DNA of 64,000 nt, taken from assembly GCF_009914755.1 (NCBI RefSeq), contig NC_060925.1; one strand, written 5' to 3'. The notes below the pieces were generated by a model. That model had not been told where the DNA came from, ran no database searches, and saw nothing but the letters and a program-made list of their open reading frames with translations. A program made the translations under genes and the position numbers. This stretch comes from the human T2T-CHM13v2.0 reference genome, Homo sapiens. Shown piece after piece: positions 43,230 through 64,000 of this stretch; the stretch's first letter is position 1; every line of letters starts with the position of its first letter.

Positions 43230-46200
43230 TAGTAGAGATGGGGTTTCACCATGTTGGCCAGGATGGTCTGGATCTCTTGACCTTGTGATCTGCCTGCCTC
43301 GGCCTCCCAAAGTGCTTGTATTATAGGCGTGAGCCACCATGCCCAGCCACAAGATTATTTTCTCTGCAATCCCAGCATCAGTGTTCCATTCCTTCTAAGT
43401 TGACTTGCAGAAGCACCTTGTCCAACATGTTATCTCCAACATTGAGTCAGTTGGAAATGGCAGAGAGCAGGTGAGTCAGACAGAAGGCAAGAATCATCTC
43501 CCACCTTTCCACAGAGTCAAGGTTGGCTAGGGAGACAGTACTCCCAGGCCTCCCGGAGGCTGTGGGGTTGAATCTCCCACCAGTGAGGAGAGCAGGTTTG
43601 TGACCATGTGTTCCCAGTATCAAGAAGCTATGGAGTAGCTGCCCAGCAGAGTACTCTGAGGTCATGGAATAGGTCATAAGATGAAGCCAACAGCTAGATA
43701 GCATCAGTGCCAGAGACTAGGCCAGGTGAGCCAACAGAGAGGCAGTCACTGGTTTCCTGAGTCATGGCCTTCAGGAGGGGTCAGTAGAGTACCCAAACAG
43801 AACAAACAGGACATCCCCAAGTGTGCCTCAGGTTATACAAGTACCAGACACATAGGAATCAGATCAGACCCACCAGATCTTGTTGGGGATTAGCAAAGCG
43901 TGCACGAGGAAGAGTGCAAACCTGAGGTCCCTATTGCGTGACACCATAAAAGCATGACCAGAAGAGGTTCAGGAATCAGTGAGAACTTCCAGAACAGAAG
44001 AGGGTGGGCTGGCAACGATGGGTGACCCATCTATTTCTCAGTAAGAGACAAAACCAGGAGGAAACTGTATTACTGGTGCAAAACTGAATTTGTCTGGTGA
44101 TTTGCAAATCTGGGCTGCTTCCTGTTCAGGATCCAGTTATGTAAATCATATATTTCAGTTAGTAGGGCCCCAACCTGTGAATCCAGGGAAGTTGCCACTT
44201 AAATCAATGGCCCTAGCAAGGGCCTCTTGTGTCTATTTGGATGAAGATTTCAGGTATGTGGCACCTAAAGGCTTCTTAAACTCAGGAATTAATTGGAAGG
44301 AACCAAACTGACACCATTAGTGAAGAGGTTTAGTCATGTGAAGAAATTTCTATATCTTTTTCTAAAATAAGCATTTTAAAATTATGTTGTTCACTGGGAT
44401 TTTTACAAAATCATTTATCTTTGGATTAAGAAACCTGTGATACTATTCTGCCCCATTCTGCTCATTAACTCATTACAAATAATAATTGTAAGCCTCCAGA
44501 GTGGAGACTCTGAAGACTCAAAGTCAGGAGCAGATCCAAACAATCTCCCTCCTTACCCAGAATCACAAGGACCTGTCGTAGACAAGAAGTTCCCTTGTGC
44601 TTGTCCTACTCTCCTTGGAAAAGAATCCTCTCTTGTTCCATTTTCTGGTGCCTTCTGGAGCGCCCCAGCTTTGATGGGGAGCTGGTGGGTCTCTCTTCAC
44701 AGATGTCCTACTCCCTCCTTTCTCGTCATTTGGGAGTGGTGACAGAGAGCAGGGCTGAGAGGTTATTGGAGAGAGGAGGGACTCTGTGGCCTGACAAGGA
44801 GGGGAAAAGGAGATACTCATCTGTCTTGGCACTTGTTGGAGATTGTCCATTGCACAGATTGCACAAGAAACGCTGTGGACAAGAAGATAGAATCTCAGCT
44901 CTGGTCTGAACTCTGTCTTTTCTAGTTAACCTGGATCTAGAGTCTGTTCAGAGTATAAATTTATTCTGGTGATGAATACAGAATACAATGATTAACTCCT
45001 TGACTCCTTAAAGAAATGATTCTTTCATTTTTATTTATTTATTTATTTTTTGATACAGAGTTTCACTCTTGTTGTCCAGGCTGGAGTGCGATGGCACGAT
45101 CTTGGCTCACTGCAACCTCTGCCTCCTGGGTCAAGCGATTCTCACGCCTCAGCCTCCGGAGTAGCTGGGATTACAGGCGTGCACCACCAAGCCCGGCTAA
45201 TTTTGTATTTTTAGTAGAGATGGGGTTTTACCATTTGGTCAGGCTCGTCTCGAACTCCTAACCTCAGGTGATCCACCCACCTTGGCCTCTCAAATTGCTG
45301 GGAGTACAGGGGTGAGCCACCGCGCTCAGCCTATTTTAATTTTTTTTAATAGAGACATGGCTTTACCATGTTGGCCAGGCTGGTCTCGAACTCTTGGCCT
45401 CAAGTGATCTACCCACCTCGGCCTCCCAAAGTGCTGGAATTACAGGTGTGAGCCACCGTACCCAGCCAGATTCTTAAGCTTCTTTGGGTTATGCACATCC
45501 CTGCAAATCTGAGGCCCTCTCTCCCCAAGACTGCACACACCCGCACATCCATGAACTTTTTTTTCTTTTTGTAAAGTGAAAGCAAGTTTATTAAGAAAGT
45601 AAAGAAACAAAAGAATAGTTACTCCATAGGCAGAGCAGCTCCATGAAATTTTTCATACAATTTCAGGGGGTTGATATTATAAATAATGTTTAAAATAAAT
45701 AGTGTTGATAAGGTGCCAAAGTCCATCTGTGGACCCAGGATAAGATGCCCTCCAAGCTTTAATGATATTAGGAACAGGGTGGAGTTCAACCTTCTCAGCA
45801 CAGCATACAAGGCCTTTCGTGATCTGGCCCTCACCCTCTGTCCAGCTTCTCCTAATGCTTGCCACATGTAACCTCTCTAGCAGCTCAGAGTTCTTTTTCA
45901 GTTCTGCATTTTCATGCATTTTAATCTCTCTGCCTATAATGTTCTCCTCCTTGATTGCTCGGAAAAGAACTCCACTCTGTCAAGGCAGAGTTCGTCACTT
46001 CTTTCTCTTCTTCCTTCTTTGTTGTTTCCCTTGCTCATTTTAAAATATTTTAATTTAAAAAGTTTTTCTATTTTTTTTTACTTTTAAAGACAGGATCTTG
46101 CTCTGTCATCCAAGCTGGAGTGCAGTGGCATGATCATAGCTCACTGCAACCTTGAACTCCCAGGCTCAAGCAATCCTCCCACCTTAGCTAGGTGGCTTGC

Positions 46201-46559
46201 TACAGCAGCAAGCCACCATTCTCTGCTAATTTTTTAAAAAGTTTGTAGAGACAATGCCTCGCTATGTTGCCCAGGCTGGTCTCAAACTCCTGGCCTCAAG
46301 CGATCCTCCCTCCTTGGCCTCCTAAAGCTCTAAGATTACAGGTGTGAGCCACCACACGCGGCGCCTCCTCCTCATTTTTGATGGGAAAGGATTATTTTAG
46401 CATGATGTGTAATGATCTCGACCACAATTGATAGATATTAACAACAATGAAATTTTTATGTCTGGGTACTCCCATCTGAAGAATCTGAAAGTTCTAAGAC
46501 TACGTTTGCAGATGGAGTCAGGCATGACGTTTTCCATGGTCCTGACCACCATGGACTCT

Positions 46560-47700
46560 ATGGCAGACATTGTCCGGGGTTGCCCACAGCCATGTCCAGC
46601 ACCCATCTCTCTTGCTGCCTCCTGCCATAAGGGCTTTCCTGGTGTCCTTTGCAGTTAGAGGCTGAGCCATGCAACCTAGTTTTGGCCAAGGAGTCTTAAG
46701 GGAAAGACTGCTGTGAGCTTCTCGGAAAACTTTTGTTTTCCTGATAAAAGAAACAGCTAAGATTGGGGACATTCCTTTTCTCTTCTTCCTTCATTGGAAG
46801 ATGATGCAATGTTTAGAGCTGTGGTGACCATCTTGTGACCATGAGGTGATTTACATGAGCAGCAGTTCTCATACTTGAATGTGCACCAGAATAGTCACCC
46901 AGAGGGCTTCTTTATTTTTTTGAGACAGAGTTTTGCTCTTGTTGCCCAGGCTGGAGTACAATGGCATGATCTCAGCTCACAGCAACCTCCGCCTCCCGGG
47001 TTCAAGTGATTCTCCTGCCTCAGCCTCCTGAGTAGCTGGGACTACAGGCATTTGCCACCATGCCCGGCTAATTTTTTGTATTTTTAGTAGAGATGGGTTT
47101 TCACCATGTTGGCCAGGCTGGTCTCGAGTCCCTAATCTCAAGTGACCCACCCTCCTTGGCCTCCCAAAGTGCTGGGATTACAGGTCACTGCACATGGCCC
47201 AGAAGGCTTCTTAAAAGAGACTGCTGAGCCCTATCCTCAGAAGTTCTGATTTATACACCTAGAGTGGGCTGAGAATTTGCATTTCTCTCTTTCTTTCTTT
47301 TTTTTTTAACAGACAAGTATCTTGCTATGTTGGCCAGGGTGGTCTTGAACATCTGACCTCAAGCAATCCTCCTGCCTCAGCCTCCCAGAGTGCTGGGATT
47401 ACAGGTGTGAGCCATCGTGCCTGGCCAGAATGTGCATTTCTAACAAGTTGCCAGGTGACACTGATGCTGCTTGTCTGGGGACCACACTTTGAGAACCATT
47501 AAACATCAGGATAAAAATACAATAGGTTGAGGATGGCAAAGCAGAATGATAAAGCCTGGGTGTTGATGGCCTTGTCCAGAAGCTGAATCAATGTAAACCA
47601 CTCCCTTGCCTCTGGATTTCTTGTTCAGTGATAAAATAAACCACTCTTTAAGCTACTGTTAGTTGGGTTTCTCTTGATTCTCATTCAAAGGCCTTCTGAA
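46560..47700 (+). mobile_element. Old MLT1 LTR interrupted by a MER5A DNA transposon (~46860-47500), itself interrupted by two Alus
   Basis: MER5A ends CAGCAGTTCTCA...ACCACACTTTGAGAACCA; Alu TSDs CCAGAG/AGGCTTCTT and AGAAT(T/G)TGCATTTCT. Confidence 0.65.
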
Positions 47701-48301
47701 CTTACAGAGAGCTGGACTCTGTAGGAAGGGCACAAGCAGAGAAAAATCCAGAGGGATGCTCATCCAAGGGTGACTTCAAATGGAATAAAGACTGCCTCAA
47801 CAGGAAATGTCTCAAATTATGTCCTAGAGTCCATGGGTGTTGATAATAGTAAGATTGTGAGTTTTTGTTTGTTTGTTTGTTTTGTTTTGCTTGTGAGATG
47901 GAGTCTCGCTCTGTCGCCCAGGCTGGAGTGCAGTGGCGTGATCCCGGCTCACTGATCTCTGCCTCCCGGGTTCAAGTGATTCTCCTGCCTCAGTCTCCCG
48001 AGTAGCTGGGACTACAGGCGCCCACCACCACACCCAGCTAATTTTTGTATTTTTAGTAGAGATGGGGTTTCACCATATTGGCCAGGCTGGTCTCAAATTC
48101 CTGACCTTGGGATCTGCCTGCCTCGATCTCCCAAAGTGCTGGGATTACAGGCGTGAGCCACCGTGCCCAGCCAAGTTTTTTAATATAAGGTTAGTTAATT
48201 TTTTTTAAATGAGAATTGTTTTGGATTTTATTAGCTTTAGTAGTATAACTTGTGACCAACTAGTCTGGCATATCAGAGCAGTGAAATGAACCAAAACATT
48301 G

Positions 48302-48332
<31 letters not shown>

Positions 48333-48939
48333 GAGACAGAGTCTCACTCTGTCACCCAGGCTGGAGTACAGTGGCGTGATCTCGGCCCTTAGCTCACTCC
48401 AACCTCCACCTCCCGGGTTCAAGTGATTCTCCTGCCTCAGTCTCCTGAGTAGCTGGGATTATAGGCACCCACGACCAAACCCAGCTAACTTTTGTATTTT
48501 TAGTAGAGAGGGGGTTTCACCATGTTTGTCAGGCTGGTCTCAAACTCCTGGCCTCAAGTCATCTGCCCGCCTCACCCTCCCAATGTTCTGCCAGCCTCAC
48601 CCTCCCAAAGTGAGGCCTGAGGTGCACCTGGCCTCATTGAAGGTTTTACAGATCACCCTTATGCTGATACTGATAAAGAATAATTGTGGTTTTTGCCATT
48701 AAAATTAATGGCCATTAATAGAAACTGACCAGAGTTCTATTCTTGCTTTGCCACCTTCAGCACTCTTCCGGCCTCTACTCAGGGTATGATAGTGGTGCTT
48801 TTGCCTCTGACTAGTTTTCAAGGATAATGATGAGTATCAGTGCCTGTTTACTAAGAATTTTTGTTTTGGTCTCTTTTTTGCTTATTCCTCGTTATCACTA
48901 TACTATTATACTTTCAATATGTATTTATAATTGCTTATT

Positions 48940-55390
<6,451 letters not shown>

Positions 55391-55838
55391 CCGGCTTGAT
55401 TGTGCTGTCATTTTTGACAAAGTGTGCATGGGAGATAAACTGGTTAGGATTCCAATAGGAAGCCTGTGGCCAATGCAAAAGAGGCCAGTGAGGAGCGTTT
55501 AAAGAAGGGACCATTTTGTAAAGTGTGGGAAGGGTGAAAGAAAATCAACCAAGGGCATGATGTATCTTGGGGCGAGCAAGTGCAGATGGCTGTTGCCCTC
55601 AAAGCCTGAAGAGGCCAGGGGAGAGAGTATGACCAGAATGTGATGTGAGCCCTCGCTGTAGGAGAGGGCCACCATCACAGTCAAGAGGGCCACTGTCGCA
55701 GACACTTTGACTGTCACTGGAGGGGGGCAGTAGCTCTGCCAGTAGGGAGAAAGCAGAGAAAATAAATAACTCGACTTCTCTCTCCTCTTGCCCTCTGATT
55801 TCCCACTGTTCTTCCCATTGGTTGAACACAACCAAAAG

Positions 55839-55975
55839 CTGGTGTGCAGAGAAGCCAGGTTGATGCCATCTATCAAAGTTGTCTCTTAGACCTCAGAGCC
55901 AGTTGAAGGGCTGAGAGAGGATGTGGAAGCCAATGGAACACAGCCAGCGCAGGAGGCAAGATTTTGAAATCTATG
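55839..55975 (+). CDS. SMAP2: Candidate SMAP2 alternative upstream exon with coding start at 55921 (MWKPMEHSQRRRQDFEIY + phase-1 G), within an old LTR-like sequence
   Basis: Donor ATG|GTATGT at 55975/55976; the phase-1 end would fit joining to the ArfGAP exon starting (G)PRWASWN. Acceptor is either AAAG|55839 or TTAG|55890. The assignment partly depends on recalled annotation. Confidence 0.4.
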
Positions 55976-57065
55976 GTATGTGAAACTGTCTTTATTCAAC
56001 ACTGCCTCTAGAATAGTAGTTTGGGTGGTACAGAATTCTGGGTTGGCAACTCTTTTTTTTCTCAGAATTTTGGAGGCAAAGTTTCATTGTCTCCTGGCTT
56101 CCAGTGCTACTGTTGAGAACTCCATGCTATTCTCATTCCTGATTCTTTTTCATGTGATTTGTTTTTCCTCTCTGGAAACTTCAGATCTTGCCTTTTCCCC
56201 CAGTGTTCTGCCATTTCACATTGATATGCTCTGGTGTGGGGCAATTTCCTATCATTACACTACAGAGTTCTTGGAGTAGGCCTTGGTCAGTTATACTTGC
56301 TCTGTCCCTCGTAAGCACCAAATCCAGAAAATAGAGCATTCAACACAGGAAAAAGAGGAAGGCTATTCCCAGGATGATAGTGAAGGGGAATTCCAGGGTG
56401 ATGATTACATAGCAGCAGGCCTCCTCCAGCTTGGAGCAGCAGGGCAGAAGCTTCAGGATGGACAGCGCCAAGAATAATGAAATTTATAGCTTAGCTGATG
56501 TGTTAGAACTCACTAAGAGGAAATTCTCTTCTGTCAGAGTATTAGGAGATGAATTAATCATAGGTTCATAGAAAATTAAGCACTCCAAAGTGGAGCAATT
56601 ATTGACTCCAGGAAAAACAAAAAGTTTAACCAGGAAAAAAATGCAATCAATGAATACAAAGCACAACTGTCAATAATATTAAGTCATAATATTATAAATA
56701 TTGAGCATTAATTTAACAAAATATTGTCATTTAACTATACTAGGAAAATGTGGGAAAGGAAGTCTGGGGGAGTATATATAAAGAAATCTAAATCTTCATC
56801 TTCCATAGCAGGAAGTGAATAAGCAAAGCTGGGAAGGTAAATCATGGTGATAGAAACATGTTATTTGGGCAATACATAAATTGTAGAAGAAACAACTATA
56901 AGAGTTGAAAATGGTTGTCTCAGAGGAGTAGGGACCAGTGTGGGCAGAGATGGGGCAGAGGATTACTGTTTGTCATTATAAGCCTTGTATAATTACTTGA
57001 CTTTTAAAACTATGTGCATGTTTTTACTTTGATTTAAAACTTAAAAAAAAAAATCTAATATCTAG

Positions 57066-57470
57066 GAAGGCAGAGCAAGATGGCCAAAAATAGAAGACCT
57101 CACCAATTGTCCTCCCCACAGGAACACCAAATTGAACAACTATCCACACAAAAAATCACCTTCATATGAACCAAAAATACAGTGAGTAATCACAGTACCT
57201 GGTTTTAACTTCATATTACAGAAAGAGACACTGAAGAGAGTACAAAAGACAGTCTTGAATTGCTGATGCCACTAACCCCTTCCCCACCAGCAGCCGTGTG
57301 GATCAGAGAGAGAACTGGTGTGCTTGGGGGAAGGAGAGTGCAGTGATTGTGGGACTTTACATTAGAACTCAGTGCTGCCTTGTCACAGTGGAAAGCAACC
57401 CTGGGCAGAACTCAGCTGGTGCCCCCAGAGGCAGCATTTAGACCAGCTGTAGCCAGAGGGGAATCACGAA
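57066..57470 (+). mobile_element. L1M-type 5' end fragment (second copy of the 5'UTR)
   Basis: GAGCAAGATGGCC (YY1-type start), then sequence closely matching 53448-53520 and 54145-54365. Confidence 0.7.
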
Positions 57471-57833
57471 GCTCACTAAGCTTAGTCTCACCAAGCTCAT
57501 TTGCATGTGACAAATAACACTGAGCTCATAGTAAAACAGGGAGCATAATTATCCAGCTTTCTAAATGAACAGGTCATTCTATGAGTGTTATCTGGTATAG
57601 GTAAAGTGACTGGCCAGTGAATCAGAAACTGATTAACATATGGCTTAAGAGATTTTGATCTCTTAGCTATAAGATACACTAATGAGAGTTTCCTGTGGCA
57701 ATAGTCCAAAAATGTTCACCATACCTCTTTCTTGGTAGTAATCTGGGCATTTTATTACTGTGGCTTCTCTAGTATAGTGGTTTTTATTTTGTCCTTATTT
57801 ATGTGAGTTGGGGTTTCAAAATACTCTGATTTA

Positions 57834-58915
<1,082 letters not shown>

Positions 58916-59283
58916 TAAAGAGAAATTATCTGGAAGCTGAGTATGAAATGTGGTATCAGGATTCTTCAATTCATTCCAATTTTCTGAAATCCATTAGATA
59001 CAGTGCAACCAAACTATGCTCAGTGGCCACTGGGACAGATAGAAAATTCTATAACTGGATACATTCGGGGAGGAGCCAAGATGGCCGAATAGGAACAGCT
59101 CCGGTCTACAGCTCCCAGCGTGACCGACGCAGAAGACCGGTGATTTCTGCATTTCCATCTGAGACCTGCAGCTGAGGGTCCTGTCTGTTAGAAGGAAAAC
59201 TAACAAACAGAAAGGACATCCACACCAAAAACCCATCTGTACATCACCATCATCACAGACCAAAAGTAGATAAAACCACAAAG

Positions 59284-60300
59284 ATGGGGAAAAAACAGAA
59301 CAGAAAAACTGGAAGCTCCAAAAATCAGAGCGCCTCTCCTCCTCCAAAGGAACGCAGCTCCTCACCAGCAACAGAACAAAGCTGGATGGAGAATGACTTT
59401 GACGAGCTGAGAGAAGAAGGCTTCAGACGATCAAATTACTCTGAGCTACGGGAGGACATTCAAACCAAAGGCAAAGAAGTTGAAAACTTTGAAAAAAATT
59501 TAGAAGAATGTATAACTAGAATAACCAATACAGAGAAGTGCTTAAAGGAGCTGATGGAGCTGAAAACCAAGGCTCGAGAACTACGTGAAGAATGCAGAAG
59601 CCTCAGGAGCCGATGCGATCAACTGGAAGAAAGGGTGTCAGCAATGGAAGATGAAATGAATGAAATGAAGCGAGAAGGGAAGTTTAGAGAAAGAAGAGTA
59701 AAAAGAAATGAGCAAAGCCTCCAAGAAATATGGGACTATGTGAAAAGACCAAATCTACATCTGATTGGTGTACCTGAAAGTGATGGGGAGAATGGAACCA
59801 AGTTGGAAAACACTCTGCAGGATATTATCCAGGAGAACTTCCCCAATTTTGCAAGGCAGGCCAACGTTCAGATTCAGGAAATACAGAGAACGCCACAAAG
59901 ATACTCCTCGAGAAGAGCAACTCCAAGACACATAATTGTCAGATTCACCAAAGTTGAAATGAAGGAAAAAATGTTAAGGGCAGCCAGAGAGAAAGGTCGG
60001 GTTACCCTCAAAGGGAAGCCCATCAGACTAACAGCGGATCTCTCAGCAGAAACCCTACAAGCCAGAAGAGAGTGGGGGCCAATATTCAACATTCTTAAAG
60101 AAAAGAATTTTCAACCCAGAATTTCATATCCAGCCAAGCTAAGCTTCATAAGTGAAGGAGAAATAAAATACTTTACAGACAAGCAAATGCTGAGAGATTT
60201 TGTCACCACCAGACCTGCCCTAAAAGAGCTCCTGAAGGAAGCGCTAAACATGGAAAGGAACAACCAGTACCAGCCACTGCAAAATCATGCCAAAATGTAA
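59284..60300 (+). CDS. L1 ORF1p (intact, 338 aa)
   Basis: MGKKQNRKTG...coiled coil...RRM...QARREWG...YPAKLSF...QNHAKM*. Confidence 0.93.
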   Translation: MGKKQNRKTGSSKNQSASPPPKERSSSPATEQSWMENDFDELREEGFRRSNYSELREDIQTKGKEVENFEKNLEECITRITNTEKCLKELMELKTKARELREECRSLRSRCDQLEERVSAMEDEMNEMKREGKFRERRVKRNEQSLQEIWDYVKRPNLHLIGVPESDGENGTKLENTLQDIIQENFPNFARQANVQIQEIQRTPQRYSSRRATPRHIIVRFTKVEMKEKMLRAAREKGRVTLKGKPIRLTADLSAETLQARREWGPIFNILKEKNFQPRISYPAKLSFISEGEIKYFTDKQMLRDFVTTRPALKELLKEALNMERNNQYQPLQNHAKM

Positions 60301-60336
60301 AGACCATCGAGACTAGGAAGAAACTGCATCAACTAA

Positions 60337-64000
<3,664 letters not shown>

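Noticed and set aside
44090-44311. 73-aa ORF in unique sequence
   Set aside because: Non-ATG start and no family I recognise. The region is kept only as a possible regulatory island.
59030-59066. Possible 5' TSD of the young L1
   Set aside because: The 3' end lies outside the window, so the duplication cannot be defined.

Overview
This is primate, almost certainly human, genomic DNA, recognisable as the chr1p34 COL9A2-SMAP2 interval. Bases 1-10.8 kb hold the 5' part of COL9A2 (collagen IX alpha-2) on the minus strand: a CpG-island promoter and coding exons 1-19 (codons 1-336), all phase 0 with GT-AG boundaries. This copy encodes Met246 and Arg326, where the reference protein as I recall it has Thr and Gln. 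The other ~53 kb is very Alu-rich (about 60-65 Alu copies or fragments). It also holds old L1M/L2/MIR/MER5A fragments, a two-LTR MaLR (MLT1C-type) provirus, an MLT2 solo LTR, a full-length RPL21 retrocopy with an intact ORF, a 5'-truncated RPL10A processed pseudogene, and two candidate upstream alternative exons of SMAP2. A young L1PA element runs off the right end. The most striking signal is in that L1: its 5'UTR lacks ~690 nt exactly between the known +97/98 splice donor and +789/790 acceptor, so it is a spliced retrotransposed L1 (SpIRE97/790 type), with intact ORF1 and a single visible frameshift in ORF2. Other unexplained structure includes a 198-bp non-repeat direct duplication shared by COL9A2 introns 1 and 4, a 75-bp templated insertion, a rearranged L1MA with an inverted and duplicated 5'UTR, and repeated Alu insertion at one target motif. 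I found no CRISPR array, rRNA, tRNA or prokaryote-type system. Repeat subfamily names come from visual recognition, not a RepeatMasker run.
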